A stretch of 64,000 nt of DNA from Octopus sinensis (lineage: Eukaryota), in the NCBI RefSeq assembly GCF_006345805.1, contig NC_043020.1, forward strand, positions 2,976,001 through 3,040,000. The letters run 5' to 3'. The position numbers were made by a program, and so were the translations under genes. Under the pieces are notes generated by a model that saw only the letters and a list, made by a program, of their open reading frames with translations, searched no databases and was not told the DNA's origin. Shown piece after piece: positions 26,770 to 39,649 of this stretch; positions within the stretch are counted from its first letter, which is position 1, and each line of letters begins with the position of its first letter.

Positions 26770-27159
26770 CTGTCCCACAGTTCCATCAGAATGGGACATT
26801 GTTGGTGCATAAATACTGACAATGGTAAGAAACCTGCCTTTTGTCAGTTTAATACAGCATGGCATGATCCGTTCAGATATACCAATTGGAAGCACTGCAA
26901 TGGGGGATACTAATGTATTCTTGAGAGCAAACCCAACACCAGATTCTCTACGCTGACCTTTTATGATGATCTAGCACAATTATTGAGGAAAGCACCAATT
27001 TCTGACAAGCTGGTCATATTGGGAGATTTCAACACAAGAGTTGGAAAGGACTACATTTCATGGCCTGTTGTGGGTCGACATGGGATTGGGAAATGTAATA
27101 AAAATGGAGAAGTTCTTTTGAGGTTTTGTACTGAGAATAACCTGGTTGTCACCAACACA
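26770..27159. mobile_element. RTE AP-endonuclease fragment with internal inversion (26770-26958 minus, 26959-27159 plus)
   Basis: Minus: GQRRESGVGFALKN...GISERIM...FLTIVSIYAPTMSHSDGTVGQ. Plus continues in register: FYDDLAQLLRKAPISDKLVILGDFNTRVG...NGEVLLRFCTENNLVVTNT. Confidence 0.88.
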
Positions 27160-28808
27160 CAAAACACAAAACCTTATTGCATAGCAAGCTTCCAAATTCT
27201 TTTATTGTCCTAACTGCAATCTGCAAACTAGGGGCAAACAGTTAGTAGGGTGTGTTTTAAGTGCTATTACAGCCATCTCACTCAATATGGAATAAAAATG
27301 TTGGCAGGTCAGCTTATTAGATGTATAGTAATGATATACGAAAATCACAGTTTTCTAGAACAGTTATAACAGCCTCCTAAAAAGTCTCGAAACTTATGGA
27401 ATGCATCTTGCACATTTATGCATGTAGACAGGCAGGCATACAGACAGACAGGCAGAATTATGTATGTGTATCTAACTCTCTGCTGTTTAGCTCTGGTTTT
27501 ATGCCATTAATTATGGATAATTGAATGAGAGCTAGATTTCAGCCCTCACTTGATAAAATGCTAGTTTAAAACCAGATACCAGAAACATTTCCCAAACTGG
27601 AATGGACTGGTGGATGGCTGGGTGAACTGAGATTTGCTTTCCCTTTTTTTTTTATCAAATTGGTCGGATCCAATCAGTGCAAGTGCATATGCACTAAGAC
27701 TTCCGTACATTTCATTGCAACGGTGACAGCAAGCACTGTTATCATCATCATCATCATTTCCCAGTCACTATCATTGACATCACTGGTGCTTCTATTTGAT
27801 GTTCTAGATTGGTTAGCATATTCCAATCCCCCACACACAAGGACAGTGGCTTGAGAGCCTGAGCTCCACAATGCATGTGTACATACCTGGACATATAGAG
27901 TGCGTGTGTGTGTGTGTGTGCATCCACGTATCATGATGTGTGAATGTGTATTTGCGTTTATTTATTGTATGATTGCATTTTAAATATTCATGTTATTTAC
28001 ATGAACTCACATGGAACTCCTCTAAATAACCCCCCCCCCACACAAAAACCTCTTCATTGACACTATTGCATAAATTAAAAATAACCCTCCTCTCAGTGTA
28101 TATATACTGTGCTCTTAAAGCATCAAGATATTTTTAACTCTTATTTCTAGCAATGTAGCTGCTTCAGCCCCTTCAGTCACACTTAGTGACGATTAAATTT
28201 TTCCTTTATGGTATTACATTGCACCTAGTTGTTTACATTAACTTTTAGTATACATAATATATACACACACACACACACATATATATGCATACACACACAC
28301 ACACATATGTAAATATTTAAGTGTTGGGCAAGTTCCTAGTAGTAAGCTGATGAAGCCCATTCTCTGCAGTTGTACAGTATCCCATCTGTGAGGGATCAAA
28401 GCAAGATGTGTCGAAATGATCGTTGTGAGCGATGTTTCAGTCTATTTTCCATCTCTATCATTTGTTATATATACATATATATATGAGTGTGTGTGTGAAA
28501 TGGCAAAATTGCTAAAACATCAGTAAAAATGCTTATATATATATTAAAAGCTATGGTCAATATGTGTGAGTGTGTTGGCTGTGTTAGTGTGGACACATTG
28601 AATTGTCCAGAGTAGGATTGGAACTGTTTACTGGAGAAGCCAAAAGCCCAGCTGCCATAGTTCACAGTTTGGTAAATGTAGAATGATGGATTCAAATTAG
28701 AATTTAGATAGATTGGTCAATGTGCTGCATGTATAAGTGGAGGGTTGTGTGTGTTATGTATGTGCATGCACACCACATATGTGCATATGGTGTGGTGTGA
28801 TGTGTGTG

Positions 28809-28842
<34 letters not shown>

Positions 28843-29681
28843 TGTATATATTGTATATTATATATGTGTGTGTGAATATGATCATCATGAATATGTAAGT
28901 ATTTGCCAACATGAATCAATAAAGTCAATTCAGTAACTTGAGTTGGTTAATTGGTTTTTACAGAGTTGGTTAACGGTGGGTGGGGAGAGAGAGTGAATAC
29001 ACTTAGTGAAGCTTTAGACACAATTGGTCAATGGTACTGAGAGACAGAGAGAGAGAAGGAATAGACCCAAACACATCAGCATCATTTGGCGATCCTAGTT
29101 GAGAGAGGTTTCTCAACTCCTCCCCAAAGCTCAATCTTGCATTATTGCACCAAGGACATTTTGAATTTCAGTCAATGACATCTAGATAGGAGAGTTTATA
29201 ATATTTCCTAGCAAATGGCTAAGTCTCTGAAAGACAAATGAGAGATAACTAGCTCATCTTTTGCCCCATGGTGCCTCAGTGCATGTGAAATGAGGAGTGA
29301 AGTACCATGAATTTATATTAATGTTGGGTGTGTTTTCTAATCATTTTTTAAAGCCTTATAGGTATCCATATCTTTGGAATATACACGGGAACTAGCATGG
29401 AAGATATTGATTTTAAGAAAACAATTTTGGTTCAATGTTTAAATATTGGCCACTTTATTGCAAGATGACCATTTTCTAGCCCAGAGAAGATCCCTTTTCT
29501 CAGTTTATCACTGAACCTACATACTTAAAAATCATCCATACAGTTTAGCATGTAATTGCTTAAGGCTTCTTTTGCTCTCAAAGATGGGAGCATATTTTGT
29601 ATTTTAATGATTTATAAAAAAAACCTTCACAATCTGCTGCAGTCTCAAAGGAGATTAGTTGATCTTGAATAGCATGTAAAG

Positions 29682-29920
29682 CAGTGATTTTCAATCAGGA
29701 CCCACATAAAATTTTGGGGGTCCATATAAAATTTTGTTATTAAAAATTATGTATTAAAAATCAGTTATACTTCTACAAAACACTAAATATTTTAATAATT
29801 CTTTTTTATATAATTTGATTATAAAAATAAGATTTTTAAACAATGAATGGCCATGAAGATCCAGCCTTGTAAAATAGATATCAAAGGGGTCCATAGGTAT
29901 AAAATGGTTGAGAACCCCTC
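29682..29920. mobile_element. hAT-type MITE
   Basis: CAGTGATTTTCAATC ... GGTTGAGAACCCCTC; 8-bp TSD ATGTAAAG/ATGTAAGG (7 of 8 match). Confidence 0.7.
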
Positions 29921-30013
29921 ATGTAAGGAATTAGTAAGTGGAGCAAAATCTATAACAATTTCATGTAAGGAAGGATAGAGTGACCATATACTTGGGCACA
30001 GTTGATGAATGGG

Positions 30014-30049
<36 letters not shown>

Positions 30050-30547
30050 GAAGAGAGAGAACAAGCACATATGTGATGAGAATTTTAAAACATGTTAATA
30101 CTTGCTAAGACATGAGAAAATTTAACCCTTTGCTTGTCCAATGCATTTTCATATGTTCGTCCAAAACATCCATGCTTGTTTACAGACTTTTAGTTAGTCC
30201 TTTCTTCATACATTCTGAGTAATATAAAGCCTTCCTTTCATAAGTCCCAAGTTAGCCTAGTCTTTGAAAAAAGTGGGAATATGTATCATTATAAGATGCG
30301 TAGAAACCAGGGAAATATGTGCTGCGTATTGCATGTGATACACAAGACAGGCGAAGGATTAAGGGACCTGTACTTGGTTCTGGTTTAATGGTATGAAGTA
30401 GGTAAGATTCAACTCCCAGAAAATCTGGGAGCTATTCCCAAGTAGCTAAGATCAGAGGAATTGTAGAATTACTTGCACTATTTAGCTAATTAAACAAAGA
30501 AACGACCAAAGGTCTTGAATGCCAAAGGTCTCAATATGCGTGGATAT

Positions 30548-30588
<41 letters not shown>

Positions 30589-30748
30589 CACAATGCATTT
30601 CATAGTTTCCTTATACAAAAATTAACTCAGAACATCATTCGTTGACTGAGGGCTAGAGCAGAAGATACTTCAAGGTGCCTGCAGTGGAACTGAACCTGAA
30701 GCCAAAACGTTGAAAATCAAACTCCTTCCATACACAACCAAATGCGCG

Positions 30749-30779
<31 letters not shown>

Positions 30780-31992
30780 CCACAGTAGAAACAGTCATTA
30801 CAAGGTATTGATTTGTTTTCCTTACCTCAATACCACTCAAGCTGTCAAAATCTGACTTAAGAAGACAATTTAACAGCAATGCTGAGTGGAGAGAATTACT
30901 TTCAGCCAGAGAGCAACACATGCAACCAATAAACACCAACAGACACCATTAAGAATGTGTCGGAAGACTAAAGAGGGAGCAGCAGTGGTGAGGAGGTGGC
31001 TGGGTTATAAGGGTGGAACAGCACTAAGCGCTACAACTTCCTTGTCCCAGAAAATTCTAAGATTTCCTGCTTAAACAATTCTTTTTTTTTATTTTGGCTG
31101 TTTTACATTCTGAGTTCAAATCCACTGAGACTAACTTTGCCTTTCTCTCTTCCAGATCAATAAAGTACCAAGAACTAGTCAAAGACTTGGAACAGTTTAA
31201 TCAATTCATCAATTAATTCCTTCCCACATGAAACTGCTTGAGATAACAGTTATTATCAAAGCAGTGGACTGGCAGAATTACTAAAACATCAGACAAAATG
31301 CCTTGCAATATTTCTTCTGGCTCTTCATATCCTGAGTTCAAATCCTGCTAAAGTCAACTTAGCTTTTTATCCTCCCCAGATTGATAAGTACCAATAAAGT
31401 ACTGAGGCTAATACAAACAACCTCCGTTCTTGACTCCAAATTTAAGGCCTTGTGCCTAGATTAGAAACAATTACTATCATCATTATCACTGAGTTGGCAG
31501 AATTGTCGAAGTCTGCAACAAAATGCCAAGCAGTAATTTTTCAGACCGATTATGTTCTGGGTTCAAATGTCACCAAGATTGATTTTACTACCTTTTATTC
31601 TTCTGGTGTTGATAAAATAAGTACCAATTAAGCACTGGGGGCTGATGGAATCAACAAGTACCCACCCCCAAAATTTCAGGCCTTGTAGAAAGAATTATTA
31701 TTATTACTAGCTGGCCCTGTGCTGTCAAAAATGACAGCTAATTGTAGTATTTTATATATAAATATTGTACAAAACCAAGTTGTTAGTTTAATAATTCTTT
31801 TATAACTAAATTTTTTGTGAAAAATCTATCCACAATTAACATCCTTCGACTGCTTGTTTCCTTCAAAAGAATTTTAAAGTTTTCCTTCCTTCTTGTATGA
31901 CTTAAGGAATTGGATTGGCAACAGAGAGTCATGGGAATTCACAAAAGCAGCAAAGAAAAAAAAAAGGTTGATAAAATAAAGTACCAGTCAAG

Positions 31993-32195
31993 TTAGTTAG
32001 TTAATTAATTTGGCTCAAAAGCAAATAGCAAGGCCATGTAGGGGGACATGGAGTTAAGTACAGGGTGGTGTTCATGTAAAGAGTTCAGGCCACTTGAAGT
32101 CCAGGGAGGCTTTGAACAAAGCGGTCGTCGGCATCTTCACCATCTCGTCTGGCAGCTTGTTCCACGGATCCGCAACCCGGACGGAGAAAGCTCCT
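31993..32195 (-). mobile_element. CR1-clade LINE extreme 3' end
   Basis: GAFSVRVADPWNKLPDEMVKMPTTALFKASLDFKWPELF*, then a short UTR and a TAAC-like tail. Confidence 0.8.
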
Positions 32196-33854
32196 GGGGT
32201 TGATAGTATCAAGTAATCAAGTAACTTCTCCCAACAAAATTGCTGGCCTTGTATCAAAATTAGAATCATTATCATTATTACAGCTAAAGCAGTTGTAAAT
32301 TAATCCAAATTTTGTGCAATATCAGAGTTATGCATTTTTCTTTGGCTCAAAAATAAGGAAGGAGTGGAGCAGGTTAGAATCTATTGAAGTGATACCAACA
32401 TAGTCATACTTAATCTTTTTTCTTTTCTTTTTTATTTGTTTCAGTCATTGATCTGGTCAGGTTGAGGCAGCACCATCTCGAGTTTTTAGTCAAACAGATC
32501 AAACCTAGTACTCCTTTTTTTAATCTGGTACTTATTCTATCAGTCTCTTTTGCCAAACTGCTAAGTTAAAGAGAGGTAAACAAACCAACACCGATTGTCA
32601 AGCAGCAAGAGAGGGACAAATACAGATATAAAAACACACATACACATTATATATATATATATATGACAGGTTTCCACATAGTTTCCTTTCACCAAATTCA
32701 CTTACAGGGCATTGGTCAGCCCTGAGGCTATAGTAGAAGACATTTGCCAAAAATACCACACGGTGGAACTGAACCCACAACCACATGGTTGTAAAGGGAG
32801 CTTCTTAACCATATAAGATTATGCCTTCATTTTCAGTCTGTAATTAAGGACGCTTAAAGTATTTGTCTATTAATGGGTTTTCAATAATTCTAATAACATG
32901 ATCACAATGGAAACGCAAAGGGAAGTCAACCAGAATCTTCTTATGGACAATTTGCATGTAACTCTTTCTCAATTGGGTTCATTCGTTAATGTAACGATTA
33001 GAAAATTGACATCATCTCTCAAGGTAGAAGGGATGACAATTATATAATAAAGAAAATAATTTTCAAAAGCATTCACTTCTAAAGCTGTTGGTTCAGTACC
33101 ATCTACAAGAATTTGCAGCATCTTGAGAATCAAATTCTTCAGGAAATACAGGAAATATACAATTTCAAAAGAAATCATGAATTTTATGGTTTTCTATAAA
33201 CTTCCATCCAAATTTTAGTTTTCAGAAGAACTAAGAAATGTCCAAAGGTACTTGTTCTAATTATCATAAATCCTACAAATTGACTGGAAATTATAGATTA
33301 CCATGAAATAGAAAAAGACATTGGATTAGAAGAGAGGAGGGAATTTATAAGAGAGATGGAGAGGTAGATAGGTAGGTTGGTGGGTGGGTGGATGGATGGA
33401 TGGATGGATGGATCGGATGGGAAATAAACAAAAAGAGATTTATGACAAAATTGACTAATTAGCATTGAGACATGTTGATGAAAGCACACACACACACACG
33501 TGCATACACACACACACACACATGCATGCACACACACACACATGCATGCACACACACACACACACACACATGTATATATAAGTACCTGCATATCCAAGCT
33601 GCAGCTGAACTGAAACGATTCATTAAATGGTAAACCAGCTCGTTATAGGAAGCTAATGATAGGATCTTCATAGCCTGAGTACAAGAACTAATTGAAATTA
33701 CTAGCAATCACGCGTTAAGGTCATTAATTAGAATGAAACGTACGTGGAGAAGGAGAACCAGGTCTTTAAACGCACAGAAGTGGTTAGTACGAAGAAAAAG
33801 AAGAATGGTTGGTCGTGGAAATACTTAGAGTAAAAAAAAAAGAAAATAGATTGA

Positions 33855-33995
33855 TGGAGTGCTCAGATGTCTCATTAATTTCTGTTACTTAGGTGACCAG
33901 GTTGTTCCTGGAGGTGCATGTGAGGTAAGCATAGATTACAAGAGCAAAGAAATAGATAAGTTTGAGGAAACGATGCCTCTATTGGTAAAAAAAAG
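33855..33995 (+). mobile_element. RTE RT C-terminal fragment
   Basis: NFCYLGDQVVPGGAC...KFEETMPLLVKK resembles the FCYLG..I...GG...KFRELLPLL motif. Confidence 0.6.
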
Positions 33996-34090
33996 CATCT
34001 TCATTTACTTTCTGTTCTATAAACAGAGAAGGAAGTGCAAAACCCATGACCTTGCATGTCTGTGTGTGCATTTCTGTGGCATAGTATATA

Positions 34091-34936
34091 CGAGGTCTGA
34101 TCACTAAGTATCCGGACTGTTGCCATAGTAACAAAGCTAAAGCATGCAGAATGAATTCACTTGGCACAGACAGACCTTGAACTCTGCTGTGCATGTGCAC
34201 TAAGTTCTAACATTCTAACTCACTTCTGATGTATACAGCAGTGCTTGGAAGGAAGGTGTGTAGCATGTGATCATCCTATTGACCACGACAGAACATGCTG
34301 TCAAGGCAATACCTGCTCAGAGGCCTGCAAAGTTGCAGAAACTGCACGGAGAGGAGTGTATGAGCCACACATAAGTGTAAGAGTGGTTCAGATGATTCCG
34401 AGATGGCTGAAAAAATGTTGATGTTAACAAACATTCTGGGAGACCCGAAACCAGCAGAACCGAGAAAAACATTGCAATGTACATGCAGCTGTGAGGGGAA
34501 ATCCTTGAATCACCATCTGTGAGTTATGAGAGGATGTGCAAATTAGTTATGGTTCAGTTCAGTCCTTTATCACTGAAGATTTGGGTATGAAATGCGTGTC
34601 GGGTTTCAGTTGCACAAGATCTCCTTGAAATGTGCCGCGAATGATGGAAACTTTTTGAAAACCTTGTGTAGGCCTCTCAGCAGGTATGGCCAGACTTTTG
34701 GCGAAATTTGATGCAGATTCTCTGCTCAACTTTCTCTGTCATGGTCAATGCAATGATCACATGCTACACACATTCCTTCCAAGTATTGCTGTAAACAGTG
34801 GATGTGAGTTAGAACATTAAAACTTAGTGCGCATGCACAGCAGAGTTCAAGGTTAATCTGCGCCAAGCAACTTCATTCTCCGTGCTTTAGCTTTGTTACT
34901 ATAGCAATAGTCCGGATACTTATTGATAAGACTGCC
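34091..34936. mobile_element. Mariner-derived element built from two inverted 5' (left) ends
   Basis: TA|CGAGGTCTGATCACTAAGTATCCGGAC at left, matching inverted end|TA at right, and about 200 bp of inverted similarity. The plus side encodes the decayed HTH region (EWFR.FRDG...SGRPETSRT...ISYGSVQSFITEDLGM). The minus side encodes MTEKVEQRICIKF. Confidence 0.85.
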
Positions 34937-35729
34937 TATCATCTGCTTGGACTAATAAATTTCCCTATTTCTAAAAACTCAGCCAATTGCATAAATTAGT
35001 GTGTGTGTGTATGTGTGTGTGTTTGTGCATGTGTGTGTATGTATGTGTATTTATGTATGTATGTGAGAATGGAGGGAGTATGCACACACTATAGCTCCAG
35101 GTCTTCCAAGTGGATTTAGAAGGAAACAGATAGAAGCATGTTGAATGTGTGTATATATGAGTGTGTGTGTGTGTATAGACAGATAAATGTATGCTGGTTT
35201 ATGTTATGATGAATGAGAGAGGAGTGCTCAATATGTTTTAAAGGATATGTTATATTTTTATTGAAACTGAAACTTAGAGTTGATCTCATGACCTGACTTT
35301 CATGTCATCAGGCCACACATTTAGGATAATACACAGGCATCAATAAAAAGAGGAGGAGGGAAATAAATACTAATGGAGAGGTGAAAAATGAAAGAAAGAG
35401 AGAGAGAAAAGAGCATTTAGACAAGAACAAAGCGAGGAAATGGGTAAGGAGAGAGAAGTATGGAAAAAAGGAAAAGGAAACGAAAAAATGAAAGAGACAT
35501 AAAAAGGCCATTCTTTCAGTTGGAGAAGCTTGGCTGTCAAGAATAGGTCATAAATCTAAGTTTAATGATGTTGAGAAGAGCCAGGGAGATCAAAGGGAAT
35601 CTATTAAAGAGAAAGTGAATAGTAAATAGTCCTCCGCTGTGTAAAAATGGCAGTGCAGCTTTTTGGTGGCCTAATTAATTATCGGAATGGGTGGATAAGA
35701 ATGGAACCACGAGAAAATGAAATACATAC

Positions 35730-35781
<52 letters not shown>

Positions 35782-35785
<4 letters not shown>

Positions 35786-35906
35786 AAAATAAGCAACAAG
35801 TATATCCAAGGTAGTGTAGTACAATTGTTTCATGCTACTTCTAAATGAAGTAGCATGAAACAATTGTACTACTCTACCTTGGATATCCTTGTTGCTTATT
35901 TTGATT
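35782..35906. repeat. 60-bp-arm palindrome (2 mismatches, 5-nt loop) carrying the 3' half of a hammerhead on each arm
   Basis: Arms 35782-35841 and 35847-35906; GAAA-CAATTG-TA-CTAC at 35857-72 follows the central hairpin. Confidence 0.85.
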
Positions 35907-36137
35907 ATAATCACCCCATTTGATTTATATGGATGATACCATACAAAATTCTGGTGCCTTTAACTTAAGTACAATATTCATCTGAATCTAAATTTTGCTA
36001 TATATATATATATATATTTTGCAATTAAGGACAACTACTTAATAAGGAAAACTTAACAAGAAATTGTCAGGTAGATAGCGTAAAAACCTCATAAGAGAAA
36101 AAATTTCGAAAATAATTATTTCTTATTGAACATATTA

Positions 36138-36325
36138 ATTTATATATAGAGGGCATAATTATACATACATGCCAGGAGGCATTATATATACTTGCCAAAC
36201 GCTAAGAGGGACAATCAGTCATTTCTACCAAATGGTAGAAATGACTGATTGTCCCTCTTAGCGTTTGGCAAGTATATATAATGCCTCCTGGCATGTATGT
36301 ATAATTATGCCCTCTATATATAAAT
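36138..36325. repeat. Perfect 93-bp-arm palindrome with 2-nt loop
   Basis: Arms 36138-36230 and 36233-36325 are exact reverse complements; (TA)n lies nearby on both sides. Confidence 0.92.
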
Positions 36326-36332
36326 ATATATA

Positions 36333-36364
<32 letters not shown>

Positions 36365-36825
36365 TACTGTTTCAGTCATTAGACTATGGTCATTCACTGC
36401 CTTGAAAAATTTTTAGTCAAATGTAGTGGCCCCAGTACTTATTTTTTAAAATCATGCTACTTATTCTGTTGGTCTCTTTTATCAATCTGCCAAGTCGCAG
36501 GAACACACCAGCACTGGTTTTCAAACAGAGGTATGGGGATAAACACAGACACAAAGACACACAAACACATAGGTTATATGTACATATATACAATGGGCTT
36601 CTTTCAGTTTCCATCAACCAAATCTACTCACAAGGCTTTGGTCGACCTAAGGCACTCACCCAAGATACCACACAATGGGACTGAATCCAGAAACCTGTGG
36701 TTAGGAAGCAAGCTTCTTACCACACAGCCACTAGTTGTAGGTAGATATTTTAATGACTTGAGAAGCTCATCTCATGGGTAGTGATGAAGATATACTTCAG
36801 TAGCTAGTTTTGTCGGCTGACAAAG

Positions 36826-37140
36826 TTCATCCTAGACACATCAGTTCAGAAAGGTGAGATTGCTAGAACACCTGGCTGCCTGGAACTCACAAGAGCAGTC
36901 ACACAACTCTTCAGAGAAGCAAAGACAGGCAAATATGATCTGGTGGTTCTGTGACACTTATGGGTCTAGGCCACACAAGGGGGTAGAACATCACTTAGTT
37001 GCATCACTGGCAGGCTGACACCCAGTGCATCAGTTTCTAATCCAAGATGTCTGTGACACTTTGCCTTGTTCAACAAACCTCCATACAAGGGGCAAGAGGA
37101 AAGCACTCTCCTGGCTGTTGTCTACTGAAAGAGGATCTTG
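36826..37140 (+). mobile_element. HERO/NeSL-like (RLE-type) non-LTR retrotransposon RT fragment
   Basis: ILDTSVQKGEIARTPGCLELTRAVTQLFREAKTGKYDLVVL resembles IDTSVQKGG....GCLEH....QL.REA......L.V.WLDL. Confidence 0.6.
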
Positions 37141-39649
37141 ACATCATGTGATGATGTCAAGACAAGGGTACACACACACACACACACACGTGTACAATGG
37201 GCTTCTTTCAGTTTCTGTCCACCAAATACACTCACATGATTTTGGTGAGCCTGGGGCTATAGTAGAAGTGGGAGTGAGCTGAAGACCATGTGGTTGGGAA
37301 GCCAACTTCCCAACCACAAAACCATACCAATGTCAGATCTAATATTGTGTGTGTGTGTTAAATTACAGAAACGTGTCAGTAAATAAAACAGCTTTGTCCA
37401 TATTCCTTGGAGGAACATAAATAGTAAATATAATGGCGTTTGCAAGTAGTAAAACCAGCCACAATCCTTGTGGAACAACAACAGCAACAAAATATAGCTT
37501 CAGCTTTTTCAAAGACTTGACCACCTATTCATATTAATATATCAAAGAGATCATCATGTTGTTGCTTTTTTGGCAGATTCGATTTTTTGTTGTTGCTTTT
37601 TTGTTATTGTTGTTGTTGCCATTGTTCCTTTGGTGTCCATTGTTCCTCTGGCTACAGTACAGAGGAAGTTGTTGCTCTTGTTTGTTTACTGATCCGTAAC
37701 AGAACAGGAGCTGTGAATGGTGGTGGTGGTGGTGGTATGTAAGCATATGTATGTGTGAATGCATGGATGTGTGTATAACAGGATGGCGGCAATGGTGGGG
37801 GAGGGGGAGAAGGATTAGTAAGTAAAAAAAGCTGGAAAAAGTTATATAGAAACATCTTCGATGATATTAAAATAATAACACCAAAAAAAAGTGGTGGGGT
37901 AAAAAGTAGGTTATAACATCAATGTAACAGAGAAGCCATTAGGTAAACAAGAGAATCTTTATTGCTAGAAATGGAAGAGAGGAGGAGGAGGAGGGCAGTG
38001 GTTACGAATATTAATTCCAGTTCTCTCTGCTTCTTCTTTTATTTGCTTCCCCACTCCCCCTCCACCCGCTATATTTGGCTGCTGCACCATTATCATCATT
38101 ATCATTGTTATTATTCTTGTAGTGTTGAATTGGCAGAATTAATTGATCTTTGGACGAAATAATGTCTTGCACTATTAAGTTATCACTCTTTACATTGTCA
38201 GTTCAAATCTTGTCAAGGTCAACTAGGCCTTCCATCCTTTGAAGAGATCAGTAAAGGAAATACCAGTCAAGTATTGGGGTCAAAATTGGTGACCTTGTAA
38301 CCCAAATCAGAAACTATTATCAAGCACAATGAGCTGGCAGAATCATTAGAGCAGCAGAAAAAAAACTGCTTCACGGTATTTACCCTGGTTCTTTGCATTT
38401 TGATTTCAAATCCCACTGAGGCCAATTCCGCCTTTCATCCCTTCAACGTTGATGAAATAAAAGCATCAGAATTGCTTCACTCTCAGACAAATCACCTTTT
38501 AATATTTATTAATGATGCTTTGCATTCTGAGTTCAAATCTCATTGAGATCACCTTTGCCTTTTGTCTTTCAAGGGTTTGATAAAATAAAATAATAGAAAC
38601 CAATGCAATCACCACCACCACCACCATCATCATAAAATGAGCCATGCAGAATATCTTATGCTTCATATTCTGAGTTTAGAAATATCTTTAAAACTATTCA
38701 TACACCTAACTGATCACATGTTTGCCTATCCATCTGCCTTTCTGTCTCTCTGTCCATCTGTCTGTCTGTCATGCCACAACTTATCAGTGAGTGCAGAGCC
38801 TGTCATGCAATTTATTCAATCTGCTTATGTAGAGAGTAGACCACATACATACACCCACACACACACACAGAACAGACTGAGAGACCAGTTTGCCATGGCT
38901 TCCACCCAGTCAACCACGTTGCCATCGGTTTCTGGAACAAATCCTTTTCTTTGTTCTGATGTTTTTTTTCTTCTTTCTTTTTGTTGCTGTGGATTCCACA
39001 TGAATCCTTCTGTGAAAAGTTAATCCAAAGCAATGAACAACTTAAGTAAAGCAGCAGTAATCCACATGGAAGTAGCCAGGCAAGCAACTATTAATAGATT
39101 CAGATGAGAGAAAGAGAGAGAGAGAGGCTTTGTGTGCGTAAGGTGGGTTGAAGATCTCCATAACATACTGAGAAACACAAGTGGGGTTCAATCTAAAGAG
39201 CCTGATCAGCACAACAACTTAGTTCTTAGATCTTTTACACACACTCAAGTCTCTAATCTAAGCTCTCGTACCAGCCTGCTCTGGGCTACAGCCTGTTTTG
39301 TTTCTGTGATATAAAACCAATTCTTTTGCAGTTGCCATTCAAGAATGGTGAAATGGCAATGTTGTTAGAATTTAGAACAAAATACCTTGTAGTATTTATT
39401 CTGGGACCTTCAGTTTTCAGTTCAAATCCCACTGAGGTCAACACATTAAAGCACCACTGTAGGGTAGTAGGTAATTATCCCTGCATTGGTGCAAAAGCAT
39501 GGATAATGAAGAGATAAGAGATGGAGGGCTGTGAGTGTTGAGGAAACAGAAGTCAGGAGTGGGGGAGTGAACACTAAATAGAGGAGAATGGGGTGAGAAT
39601 GCATGATAAGGGATCAGTAAGGTAGGTCTATTCGTCAGGAGATTCCTTA

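Noticed and set aside
36060-36135. Possible degenerate hammerhead next to the 93-bp palindrome
   Set aside because: It needs several core substitutions on either strand; indistinguishable from chance in AT-rich DNA.
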